Assembly: GCA_044221725.1 (NCBI GenBank)
Contig: JBGAON010000002.1
Span: 192,001-256,000, forward strand
DNA from: Elusimicrobiota bacterium
Lineage (GTDB): Bacteria; Elusimicrobiota; Elusimicrobia; F11
Reading direction: 5' to 3'
Length of the DNA stretch: 64,000 nucleotides
Shown here: one piece after another, positions 39,918-49,281 of the stretch
How positions within the stretch are numbered: position 1 is the stretch's first letter
How the letters are laid out: each line of letters begins with the position of its first letter
Made by a program: the position numbers and the translations under genes
Notes under the pieces: generated by a model
What the model saw: only the letters and a program-made list of their open reading frames with translations
Database searches by the model: none
What the model was told of the DNA's origin: nothing

Positions 39918-41027
39918 ATGGTCATTTATTGCAAACGATGTCTCATGCCGAACACGCGTCCGCGAATTGGATTTGATACCGAAGGCGTTTGCAACGCGTG
40001 CAAGAACGCCGACGAAAAAAAGAAAATCGATTGGGCGGCGCGAAAAAAAGAGTTCCTTTCCATTGTGGAACCGTATCGATCGAAAAAGGGTGAATGGGAT
40101 TGCGTTGTGCCTTGGAGTGGCGGCAAAGACAGTAGCGCCATTGCCTACCATTTGAAATTCGAACTGGGAATGAACCCGTTGTTGGTCACCTTTTCGCCGC
40201 TCATGCCCACGGATGTCGGATGGCACAACCGCCAAGCGCTGGTGAATCTCGGGTTCGATCACATCTTTTTTAATCCGGATCAACGCGTGTCGCGTCATTT
40301 GGCGCGGAGGTTTTTTAAGGAGCGCGGCAATCATAAGGTCGCGTGGGACGCCGGAATTAACGCGATTCCAGTCCAAGTGGCCGTGAATTACAAAATACCG
40401 CTCGTGTTTTACGCGGAACATGGGGAAAGTGAATACGGCGGAAAGGTGCTCAACGAAGAATCGAAAAAAATCCGCAACTTTACCGAGGTCATTGAACATC
40501 AAATCGGCGACGATCCTCGCAACTGGGTTGACGACACGGTCAGCGCAAAAAATCTGAATCCTTATTTGTATCCCGATGCTCACCGCGTGCAAGAGGTTGG
40601 CGTGAAAGCGCTCTACTTTGCTTATTTCTTTCGGTGGAGTATGCTCGAAAACTATCAATACATTAAGACGAAGTTTGATTTTAAAACGAGCCCTCTGGGT
40701 CGAACGAACGGCACCTTCACGGATTTCGACAGCTTGGACGACAAAGTCGACAATCTGTACTACTATCTGCAATTCATTAAGTTTGGCTTCGGTCGCGCGG
40801 TCCGTGACGCCTGTCGCATGATTCAAAACGATCAGATGACACGCGAGGAGGGGTTGGCGTTGGCCCAGAAATACGACGACGAGTTTCCGTCGGAATATTT
40901 TGATGAGGTCTTGGATTTTCTTGGTTTGAGCAAAGACGAGTTCGAAAAGTTGATCGATCAACATCGGAATGCCGAAATTTGGAAGAAAGAGGGCGGTCGT
41001 TGGGTCTTGCGCCATCCGCTGAAATAA
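39918..41027 (+). CDS. N-acetyl sugar amidotransferase (PseA/WbpG/WbuX family)
   Basis: YCKRCLMPNTRP, GVCNAC, PP-loop SGGKDS, KFGFGRA, MTREE. Confidence 0.9.
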   Translation: MVIYCKRCLMPNTRPRIGFDTEGVCNACKNADEKKKIDWAARKKEFLSIVEPYRSKKGEWDCVVPWSGGKDSSAIAYHLKFELGMNPLLVTFSPLMPTDVGWHNRQALVNLGFDHIFFNPDQRVSRHLARRFFKERGNHKVAWDAGINAIPVQVAVNYKIPLVFYAEHGESEYGGKVLNEESKKIRNFTEVIEHQIGDDPRNWVDDTVSAKNLNPYLYPDAHRVQEVGVKALYFAYFFRWSMLENYQYIKTKFDFKTSPLGRTNGTFTDFDSLDDKVDNLYYYLQFIKFGFGRAVRDACRMIQNDQMTREEGLALAQKYDDEFPSEYFDEVLDFLGLSKDEFEKLIDQHRNAEIWKKEGGRWVLRHPLK

Positions 41028-41043
41028 AAATCAAGGAGACACA

Positions 41044-41919
41044 ATGAAACGAAACGGATACACCGAATTTCCCTGCGACGTCTGTTTAAGCAAGGATGCT
41101 GTCGAGGTGCCTCACAGTCGGGAATATTCCCGTAACGAGCCAATCCACATTTGTAAGCAGTGCGGCTTTGTTTACGTGAAGCTTCGTCGTCCTCCGCAAA
41201 AAATCGCCGATGTGTGGTCCAAAGATATTTTTCAGAAAGGATACACGGCGCATATTCCGCACGTTCTCGCCCGACAAACGTTCGTGGCGGGTACGTTGGA
41301 CAATCACGTGAAACTCCGGGGAAAAAGCGTCTGCGACATTGGCGCCGGTGAAGGACAGTTTCTCGACATTGTTCGGGACCGCAAATACGGCGCGTCGGTG
41401 TTCGGCATTGAGCCGTCGGAGTACAATTGCAAACTGCTCAAGTCGATGAGCATTCCCTATTTTCACGGGAGCATGGAGGCGTTCTTAAAAAGCCCCGAGC
41501 GAAACAATTATCGTGCGGATGTCGTGACGATTATGTGGACGCTCGAGAATTGCCAGAACCCTCGCGGCATACTGAAGGCAGCCTACGGTCTCCTCAAAGA
41601 AGATGGATACATTGTCCTCGCGACCGGAAGCCGGATTCTTGTGCCGTTTAAGAAGCCGCTGAACATGTACATCAGCAAAAACGGGGCCGACACGCACGCC
41701 ACGCATTACAGTGCAAACTCCTTGCGCGGAATTCTCGCCGAATCGCATTTTGAAACGACGTTCATCAATCGTTATTTGGATAACGATATCTTGTGTGTGA
41801 TCGCGAAGAAACGCCCGCTGAGCAAAAAGATTGCGCGCGAAACCGACAATTATTTGGACGTGTACAACTTCTTTGAGCGTTGGCACGCCGACACGCAGGT
41901 CTATTACAAGGGGCGATGA
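41044..41919 (+). CDS. Class I SAM-dependent methyltransferase with N-terminal Cys pairs
   Basis: CDVC...CKQCG, DIGAGEG, GIEPS. Confidence 0.85.
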   Translation: MKRNGYTEFPCDVCLSKDAVEVPHSREYSRNEPIHICKQCGFVYVKLRRPPQKIADVWSKDIFQKGYTAHIPHVLARQTFVAGTLDNHVKLRGKSVCDIGAGEGQFLDIVRDRKYGASVFGIEPSEYNCKLLKSMSIPYFHGSMEAFLKSPERNNYRADVVTIMWTLENCQNPRGILKAAYGLLKEDGYIVLATGSRILVPFKKPLNMYISKNGADTHATHYSANSLRGILAESHFETTFINRYLDNDILCVIAKKRPLSKKIARETDNYLDVYNFFERWHADTQVYYKGR

Positions 41920-41926
41920 CACGCCT

Positions 41927-43408
41927 TTGAAACTTTTCGCGCCGCAACGTTTCCATGTGGGACTCGGTTTCTCAACCGCATGTTTTTTTGTGGCAAAATC
42001 GGTCGGCTACGGTCGCCAGCTCATCTTGGCCTACAACTTCGGCGTTTCGAGAAATTTGGATATTTACTTGATGACCTACGCGATAACGATGCTGATCGTG
42101 TCGTCGTTTACGTTGTGGTTTGACCAAATGGCCATCCCGCGGCTCGTGCACATAAGCGAAAAAGACGGAAAAGCAGCGTTTCAGCATATGAGCGGATCGG
42201 TGTTGTCGCTGGCGGTGATTTTCGGAATTGTACTGACGGTTGTGTTTCTGCTGCTGGTCGGCCCGGTATCGGAACTCCTGTGCAAAGGATTTTCCATCGA
42301 CGAGCGCGCGTTGGTTCGGCATATGTCCTGGTATTTTGTGCCGTGGATCCTCACGATTTTTCCGTACAACGCGTTAACAGCGATTTTGAAAAGTTTGCGT
42401 TTCTATAGTGTCGTCTCTATTGCTGATCTTATGGTTTCGGTGATTTCCACAACTGGTTTTCTGTTCTGGCACTCCCGTTTGGCGGCGTTGCCGGTGACAT
42501 TGTCGCTTGGATACATAATTGCGTTTTCGACGTTGGCCTTTTTTGCGCGCTCGCATATTTCGCTTTTGGTTTCTCCTTTCCACGAGAAATTAAGCTCGCT
42601 GTACCATGATTTCAAACAGATGTTTGTGGTCAATCAAATGGTTTTCATTCAACAATCGTTTGAGCGTTTTTATCAGTCCTATTTGATTCCGGGTTCGATT
42701 GCCGCTTTCAATTATGTGAACCAACTCATGGGACCGCTTTACGAACTGCTCACGTTTGACGAAATATTCGTGGTGCCGATCTCAGCAACGGAAAATCGCG
42801 TCCAAAAATTCGAGCGCCTGCTTTGTGGGCTGCTGTTGTTGTCGGCTCCGATGGCGGTTTTTCTATTTTTCGAATCGGAAGCAATCATCCGGATTCTTTA
42901 CGAGCGCGGCCGTTTCGGTCCCGAAGCAACGCAGGTGGCTCACCGCATCCTTCAAGTCACCGCGTGCGGGCTAGCGATTGGTGCGCTCTCCACGCCGCTT
43001 ATTCGAATGCTTCAAATCTCAGGCCGCGTGCTATCGATTGGTTGGCCAAATCTCACGCTCACGACCGCCATGGTCATATTTAATTTCATTCTGATTTTTA
43101 TCATGAAGTGGGATGTGCTCGGCTTTGCCATCGCAACGGCGCTCGCGCAACAGGTTTGTGTCGTAACCGCCTTCATTATCCTCTTCCACCGCGGAATCCG
43201 GATTAACATCTTGCGGCTTGGAAAATATCTGCTGTGGTCGCTCGTTGTGAGTATGTTCTGTCACCTTGTTGCCAGTTTCCTGCCGTGGTCGGGTCGCGCG
43301 CTCATCGGATTCTTTTTACGGTCTGCCGTGTACGGCCTCATGTTGGCGTTGGCCTATTGGGGACTCCGGGCGCGATTGCGAGCAATTGTCTATGGACACG
43401 CCCAATGA
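41927..43408 (+). CDS. MurJ/MviN-like (MOP superfamily) glycan flippase
   Basis: Many hydrophobic helices; GYGRQLILAYNFG and IIRILYERGRF resemble MurJ; start approximate (TTG 41927). Confidence 0.78.
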   Translation: MKLFAPQRFHVGLGFSTACFFVAKSVGYGRQLILAYNFGVSRNLDIYLMTYAITMLIVSSFTLWFDQMAIPRLVHISEKDGKAAFQHMSGSVLSLAVIFGIVLTVVFLLLVGPVSELLCKGFSIDERALVRHMSWYFVPWILTIFPYNALTAILKSLRFYSVVSIADLMVSVISTTGFLFWHSRLAALPVTLSLGYIIAFSTLAFFARSHISLLVSPFHEKLSSLYHDFKQMFVVNQMVFIQQSFERFYQSYLIPGSIAAFNYVNQLMGPLYELLTFDEIFVVPISATENRVQKFERLLCGLLLLSAPMAVFLFFESEAIIRILYERGRFGPEATQVAHRILQVTACGLAIGALSTPLIRMLQISGRVLSIGWPNLTLTTAMVIFNFILIFIMKWDVLGFAIATALAQQVCVVTAFIILFHRGIRINILRLGKYLLWSLVVSMFCHLVASFLPWSGRALIGFFLRSAVYGLMLALAYWGLRARLRAIVYGHAQ

Positions 43409-44865
43409 AGATCCTTTTGTACGGAACCTGTAGCTTTCCTTACTTCTTTCGCGAATTCCTTCGCGTCGCCGCGCAGCGGAAATCGGATATCGACTGGCGC
43501 GTGATTGTTCTTTCGTGGCGACATTTGGCGCTCTACAAGGGCGTCATTGCGGACGAACACCTTTTCTATGTGCATTCGCGCGTGAACGAATTGATGACCG
43601 ACAAGCGGGTGGATCTTTCGGTGTTATCGACATATGAGGGGTCGGTGTTTCGCGATCTGTTCGCCGACAAGAGATTGCCCGGGCAGCTGCGAACCAAATC
43701 GAAGAACTACCAACTGCGCACGGCCATCGCGTTTTATCGAGCGTACAAGGAATACCTCATAAAAGAGAAGCCCGACGTGATCTTTTTGCCGTTGATCGAG
43801 ACGCTCGAAGGTTTTGTTCTTTACAAGGCAGCCGTGGAGCTCGGTATAAAAACATTTTTCCACTGCTCGGCACGGAACCTAAAGCTCAGCTTTTTTTCTC
43901 TAACGCCGTTCGAAGCCATGCCACCCAATGCAATGACGAACCCGGTTCCCGCCGAGTTCATAAAGAAGGCCGAAGAATATTTGGAAAATTTCCGGAAAAA
44001 CCCGCACCCCGCTTATTCGGTGCAATACGAACCACCGGAGTCCGAGATTGTTGCGTACGGACGAAGCAAGGCGATTCATGAAAAAATTTGGAAGTTTCCA
44101 ATGTTTGTTTGGAATCTCGCGAAAGATCAGATCTTGGAGCCGCACGCAGCACGCCCGAACCCAATTTGGTATCAACCCCACATTCAATTGTGGGCCCTTA
44201 ACAAAATGATTTGGTCTCTGAAAGCAAAGACGCGCGGCCATTTTTTCGACATTCATTCGGCCGATCAACTCCCGCCCAAGTTCGTTTATTTTCCGTTGCA
44301 CATGTCACCGGAGCTATCGTTGACCACGTACGCTCCATTTTTCGAGGACCAGATCCGCGCGATTGATTTGATTTTGTTGCACATGCCGTCCGATCACTAT
44401 TTGGTGGTCAAGGAACATCCCGTGATGAACGGAATGAGGCCCGCTTGGTTTTATAAAGATCTCAAAAAGAAAGCGGGAGTGTTATTGACGGCGAGCGGTG
44501 TTTCAGGAACCGAACTGATTCGCCGTTCCGCTTTGACGGCCATTGTCACTGGAACGGCCGGCATGGAAGCGCTTTTTTTGGGAAAGCCGTCCATGTCTTT
44601 GGGGTGTAGCTTTTTCTCTCCGTGGCTGACGCAGGGCGACTCGTTCGAACATTTGGACCAGACAATTCGGGAAGCGATGCGCCGTTCGCCCGAGGATATG
44701 CACGCAAAAGCCGTCGACTTGATCGCGCGCGTTTTCATGGTTGGGCACACCTGTTACTTTAAAGATCCGCATGACCCGGATTTCCCATGGAAGTACACAA
44801 TGAACAAAACAAACGTAAATAATTTTTATGATGCGTTTATGAGGTTTCTCCCGAATGTCCAATAA
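43405..44865 (+). CDS. Capsule_synth/KpsS-like glycosyltransferase (putative ulosonic-acid transferase)
   Basis: FVYFPLHMSPE, LVVKEHP, GTAGMEALFLGKP; ATG 43405. Confidence 0.75.
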   Translation: MKILLYGTCSFPYFFREFLRVAAQRKSDIDWRVIVLSWRHLALYKGVIADEHLFYVHSRVNELMTDKRVDLSVLSTYEGSVFRDLFADKRLPGQLRTKSKNYQLRTAIAFYRAYKEYLIKEKPDVIFLPLIETLEGFVLYKAAVELGIKTFFHCSARNLKLSFFSLTPFEAMPPNAMTNPVPAEFIKKAEEYLENFRKNPHPAYSVQYEPPESEIVAYGRSKAIHEKIWKFPMFVWNLAKDQILEPHAARPNPIWYQPHIQLWALNKMIWSLKAKTRGHFFDIHSADQLPPKFVYFPLHMSPELSLTTYAPFFEDQIRAIDLILLHMPSDHYLVVKEHPVMNGMRPAWFYKDLKKKAGVLLTASGVSGTELIRRSALTAIVTGTAGMEALFLGKPSMSLGCSFFSPWLTQGDSFEHLDQTIREAMRRSPEDMHAKAVDLIARVFMVGHTCYFKDPHDPDFPWKYTMNKTNVNNFYDAFMRFLPNVQ

Positions 44866-45679
44866 GCATCCGCTGTTCGATCAGAAGTTTCTATCCGTTC
44901 CGTTTCGCCCACTTCGCGATCTGTTTAACCAATTCCTCTCCAATGGTGGCGCCACCTATTACATGCTTCGCGACGGCATTACGACAAAGTTCTATTTGTA
45001 CAACTACTTCGCTCAGCTGGCCGGGCAGCCTTTTTCGGCCGAATGGACGCTGACGCTGTACTCACAGAAAGGCGATCGATCAAAGACGGTTTCCGGAAAA
45101 TTTCGCGATGTTGAAACCGTCGTCGTGAACGCCGAAGACGTGGCAAGCGGATTTGACGATATGGGTGTTTGCCTCGCGCATATACGTCCGACGGATCGCG
45201 GTCGGAGCATGCGCGTTAGTTACCCGACGATTTTCTTCGCCGAATTTCTCACCGAACATGGACGTGCGTTCATTCACTCGAACGCTTATCCGGTTCCGCG
45301 AATTCACGAGGCGCACGATCTGATTGTCGGCTCCGTGAACCCGAAGGAATTTCCGTTTCTACTGGTGTCAAATTCGTGCGACCGAGTGTTCGGCATTCCA
45401 CGCGCCGTGCGAGAGGTTGGCCCCACGATCAAAGTGGAAAATCACCGGGGCGAAACACGCGAGCACGGGCTCGAGCCGATTGCTCCGCTTGGTTGTCGAA
45501 TGGTTCGTCTGGAAGAAATTTGGCGCGATCTCCCTCAGTTTTTCGAAGACAAACCCGGTGTGGTTCATGTTAGCGGTCCAAACGTTTTGTATTCGCCGTT
45601 GATCGTGCTCAAGCGGGCCAACGTGGAACATTTCCAAGGGCTTAAATGGCGCGACGTGCCCGCTCCAAAGGAACGTTAA
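44855..45679 (+). CDS. Hypothetical protein (beta-rich, soluble)
   Basis: 274 aa ORF overlapping both neighbours; no recognised family motif. Confidence 0.75.
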   Translation: MSNKHPLFDQKFLSVPFRPLRDLFNQFLSNGGATYYMLRDGITTKFYLYNYFAQLAGQPFSAEWTLTLYSQKGDRSKTVSGKFRDVETVVVNAEDVASGFDDMGVCLAHIRPTDRGRSMRVSYPTIFFAEFLTEHGRAFIHSNAYPVPRIHEAHDLIVGSVNPKEFPFLLVSNSCDRVFGIPRAVREVGPTIKVENHRGETREHGLEPIAPLGCRMVRLEEIWRDLPQFFEDKPGVVHVSGPNVLYSPLIVLKRANVEHFQGLKWRDVPAPKER

Positions 45680-46515
45680 TGGAACTGCAGCGATTGCTAT
45701 CGGCATGGCCAAAAACAAGTTTGTGGAATGGATACGTTCACAATCTCGCGAGCGATCAGGACGGAATCATTGAATACCGAAATTTTTGCCGGCAGCGTTT
45801 GTCGGTTCATGGATTGTTTTTGAACAGCGACGGCACCGAGCTCTCCGGTGTTCCGCCATTGACCGCGCAACTCAATCCAAACGAGTTTTTGCAAATTAGC
45901 ACGAAGAAATATCTGGGCGACCGAGGAATTCATTCGTTTCAAGGGCAGTGCATGCTTTTCTTTGAAAATCCCGCCGATGATCGCGACTATGTTCCGCCGG
46001 CGGTGACAATGAATTGGGTGTCGGAATCGCATCACAGCGAGGTAGCGTCTCAAGCGGTGCGAAATTTGAATTCGGCAGTGAAAAAAGGCGGGCGCTCGTT
46101 TTTTATGTACTGCCCGATGGCGCTTGTGAACGACGACTATAAGACGCTCGTGACAATTTTTAATTCCTCCGTGGATTCGTCGTACAACGATGCCGTCCTA
46201 CTTCGTCCCGTGCTGCGGCGTTTGGATGGAAAATCGCTGGAAGGCGAGCCGGTTCGCATTCCGCCGTTTGGTATGGCGTTAATCGATGTGGGAACGTTTG
46301 GAAACGGCGAGGGCGAGCGCTTTCTGCGCGCCGATGGCGGACGCGGTTCACTGTCGATATCTCACTCTGGTTACAGCCTTACGTCCTTCTTTTTCCTTGT
46401 TCATAAGAAAACGAACCGCGTTATCACTGGGCAACACACGCAGCCGCCGGGCTACGTATTTTCGGAACCAAAAGTCTGGTGGGGAAAATTGCGGCGGTAC
46501 GCGTTTTGGTCTTAG
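45679..46515 (+). CDS. Hypothetical protein (beta-rich, soluble)
   Basis: ATG 45679 overlaps the upstream TAA; about 278 aa; no recognised family motif. Confidence 0.75.
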   Translation: MELQRLLSAWPKTSLWNGYVHNLASDQDGIIEYRNFCRQRLSVHGLFLNSDGTELSGVPPLTAQLNPNEFLQISTKKYLGDRGIHSFQGQCMLFFENPADDRDYVPPAVTMNWVSESHHSEVASQAVRNLNSAVKKGGRSFFMYCPMALVNDDYKTLVTIFNSSVDSSYNDAVLLRPVLRRLDGKSLEGEPVRIPPFGMALIDVGTFGNGEGERFLRADGGRGSLSISHSGYSLTSFFFLVHKKTNRVITGQHTQPPGYVFSEPKVWWGKLRRYAFWS

Positions 46516-46550
46516 TTTTTGCATGTCAAAACCGGAATCATAAGAGATAG

Positions 46551-47471
46551 ATGGCAGCTTCTGAGCCTCTGATCAGCGTCATTGTTCCAACCTACAACCG
46601 AGCGGACACAATCCGCCAAGCGCTGCAATCCGTCGTCGATCAGACGCACGACAATTTCGAAGTGTTCGTGGCGGACGATGGTTCAACGGACAACACCGAA
46701 GACGTCGTGCGCTCGTTCAATGATCCTCGAATTCACTATCTGCGCCTTGAGCACACGGGGCGCCCGGCCGTGGCACGAAACGAGGCTCTTAGAAAATCAA
46801 AAGGCTCGTTTATTGCTTTTTTGGATTCGGACGATATCTGGTATCCCGAGAAGACGGCCCGGCAGCTGGCCGTTTTTGAAAAGTATCCGGATTTGTTGGC
46901 CGTAGCCACGACGGTCATGTGGTTTGATGGAACGTCCGAGTGGCGCGAAGACCGGTTGTGGAGCGATTGGCGTGTTCGCATGGTGGACGTCATGAAAAAC
47001 AACATGATTGTTTACTCTAGCACGCTGATGCGCGCGTCACTCATCCAGCAAATCGGGTTGACCAGCGAAGCGCTGGAAGTGAATGCGTCGGAAGATTTCG
47101 AATATTGGTTGCGCTTGCTTGATTACAAAGACCGGTCCATTCTCATCATGAAGGATGTGCTAACAAAATATCGAACGCACAAAGGCAGTCATGTTTTTGT
47201 CTTGTCGAAAAAAACGTTGCCCGAGGAAGAACGGTACGCGTTCTGCTTGAACATGTACAAGCACAAATATCCCGAGCTTGTTCGCGATTATATTGCGGCG
47301 TACAAGCAACGCATGAATATTGTGCGGGCGACTATCGCGGTTTATCACGGGGTAAAAAATCCGTCAGAGATTTTGTCCGATAATGTTCTGCCGTTCTTGA
47401 ACCGACTTGTGATTTGCGCGAAGTACTACACAAAAAAGATTCTCGGCAAGTTGCCAGAGCCAGCACGGTGA
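46551..47471 (+). CDS. GT2 glycosyltransferase
   Basis: ISVIVPTYNRA, DDGSTD, ARN, FLDSDD, EDFEYWLR. Confidence 0.92.
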   Translation: MAASEPLISVIVPTYNRADTIRQALQSVVDQTHDNFEVFVADDGSTDNTEDVVRSFNDPRIHYLRLEHTGRPAVARNEALRKSKGSFIAFLDSDDIWYPEKTARQLAVFEKYPDLLAVATTVMWFDGTSEWREDRLWSDWRVRMVDVMKNNMIVYSSTLMRASLIQQIGLTSEALEVNASEDFEYWLRLLDYKDRSILIMKDVLTKYRTHKGSHVFVLSKKTLPEEERYAFCLNMYKHKYPELVRDYIAAYKQRMNIVRATIAVYHGVKNPSEILSDNVLPFLNRLVICAKYYTKKILGKLPEPAR

Positions 47472-49249
47472 AGCAACGCTTCGTTCTTGTCCTGATATTT
47501 GTCTTTTCTGTTGGCGTTTTTTGGCTGGGCACCTTCGCTTCCATCGATAAATCCGACCTGCCGGCGCTTTTGTTTGACGGTGTGGCGAACGCTGAAGGCC
47601 TTCGCACCACGATGTTGGAGCTCCGGTCCGAGGTTTATCAGTATTACAAGAACACAGGCACCGAGAATATTGTGATGTCGGCTTACCATGGTTACGTCGA
47701 TCCCTTGAAGAGTCACAGCGTGACCGTTGATCTCGAGGGGGAAACCGTAACGATGCCTTCCGCCGTCATTAACGAAATGCGGGGATCGCTGCTTCTCCAT
47801 CCTTATGATGAGGTAAACGCAATCCGCGCGCTGCAGCAGATTCGGCCGCGGCAATGGCAGTTCAATCCACACATCTTTCAGTACGGCACCGTTTTTATTT
47901 ACTTGCTCGGTTTTGGGTTGCTGGTGGCGCAAAAGGTTGGTGCGTTTGTTTTGACGTCGGACATGAGCTACTACCTGGTTCATCCAAACCAGATGGCCAA
48001 ATTGTATGCGGTCGCCAAAATGTGGGTGGGCGTGATGACCGCGCTCGGCGTATTTCCGCTCTATGCGCTCGGAAAATTCTGGAAAAACCGCCGCGTCGGC
48101 CTTGTTGCCGCGAGCCTTTATCCGTTCGTGCCGTTGTTTTTTATTTTCGGTCATCACATGAAACCGCACGGACTCGCTATGCCGTTCGCGTTGGCAGCGA
48201 TACTTCTTTGTTTAAAAGCGTTCCTCGAGCAGCCGACGCGGAAACAGTATTTTGTCGCCGGCCTCGTGACCGGCATGTGTATCGGTGTAATTTACACGTC
48301 GGTTTTTATTTTTCCCGTTTTGCTTATGAGTTATTGGTTTAACGCGGAGCGATCGACGTCCGAAAAAGGGACGTTCGTGATGGCTTTGCTCGGCGTGGGC
48401 GTCGGGTTCTTAATCTTCAATCCGTTCTATGTTTTGACGCCCGCAGAACCGTTGCAAGAACTGCACACACTTTTTGGTCGTCACGTGGTCACAACATCGA
48501 TCCCTGCCAAACTCAAGCAATTTTTCGGCTACGAAGTTCAAGTCGGAATTGGACGCGCGCTCTTCTTCTTGTCTTTGCTCGGCATGATCGTTGGGTTTCG
48601 CGACGGCCAGCGGTCAACACGGTTCTTGTTAGCGACGACCGTGTTGTCGGTGATTCCCACATTAATTAATCGTGGAGATGCTTATTATTCCGGACCGACA
48701 TTCGCGCTGCTGTTGTTGTGGGTTGGCATCTTTGCGGATCGAATGGTGTTCAGCACGCCGCGCTCGGTGACGGCGAGTTTCTTGTTGGGAATTACCGTCG
48801 TGCACGCCGTTTTACTTCAGCTGACGTACGTTGCGTTGTACCGGCAGCCGCAACCCGAATACGATGCCGCGAAGTGGATCAACACAAACATTCCGAAGGG
48901 GGCAACGCTGGTTCGAATTGAGGAACAAGGGGAGCATTTTTCTATTCCTTATCGGACGTGGAGATACACCGGCTACTATCCGGAGAAGCCGCTGCGTCTT
49001 GAGTCGCTGGGTTTGCCCGGGGCTCTGGAGGCCGACACGTTACGCGTAGGCTCCGCTTCTGCGCAATATGTTTTGGCCACCACGCTCGGCCAATTGCCGA
49101 CCGTTTTCGAAACGAACGGTGCTTCTTATAAACAAGTGCACATGTCCCGCCGCTACACGCAACTGCAAAAATTTTTTCCATTTGATCTGTTCCCGTATTG
49201 CATGGCGAACTTTGCGGCCAAAATTTATGTGTACGAGCGCCAACCGTGA
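47468..49249 (+). CDS. GT-C fold lipid-carrier-dependent glycosyltransferase (PMT/ArnT-like)
   Basis: N-terminal TM, loop with DE motif (HPYDE), NPHIFQYG, MKPH, about 10-12 TM helices, C-terminal soluble domain (AAKWINTNIPKG). Confidence 0.75.
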   Translation: MKQRFVLVLIFVFSVGVFWLGTFASIDKSDLPALLFDGVANAEGLRTTMLELRSEVYQYYKNTGTENIVMSAYHGYVDPLKSHSVTVDLEGETVTMPSAVINEMRGSLLLHPYDEVNAIRALQQIRPRQWQFNPHIFQYGTVFIYLLGFGLLVAQKVGAFVLTSDMSYYLVHPNQMAKLYAVAKMWVGVMTALGVFPLYALGKFWKNRRVGLVAASLYPFVPLFFIFGHHMKPHGLAMPFALAAILLCLKAFLEQPTRKQYFVAGLVTGMCIGVIYTSVFIFPVLLMSYWFNAERSTSEKGTFVMALLGVGVGFLIFNPFYVLTPAEPLQELHTLFGRHVVTTSIPAKLKQFFGYEVQVGIGRALFFLSLLGMIVGFRDGQRSTRFLLATTVLSVIPTLINRGDAYYSGPTFALLLLWVGIFADRMVFSTPRSVTASFLLGITVVHAVLLQLTYVALYRQPQPEYDAAKWINTNIPKGATLVRIEEQGEHFSIPYRTWRYTGYYPEKPLRLESLGLPGALEADTLRVGSASAQYVLATTLGQLPTVFETNGASYKQVHMSRRYTQLQKFFPFDLFPYCMANFAAKIYVYERQP

Positions 49250-49281
49250 GGTCATTGGGGTGACGAGGTCATTGGGATGAC
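49248..49281. repeat. 17-bp tandem duplication at a gene junction
   Basis: GAGGTCATTGGGGTGAC (49248-49264) then GAGGTCATTGGGATGAC (49265-49281), one mismatch. Confidence 0.85.

Noticed and set aside
39861..41015. Long antisense ORFs (384 aa here; also 18697-19683, 31068-32027, 18126-19070)
   Set aside because: They lie opposite well-supported genes and show no protein motifs; this is expected from codon bias.
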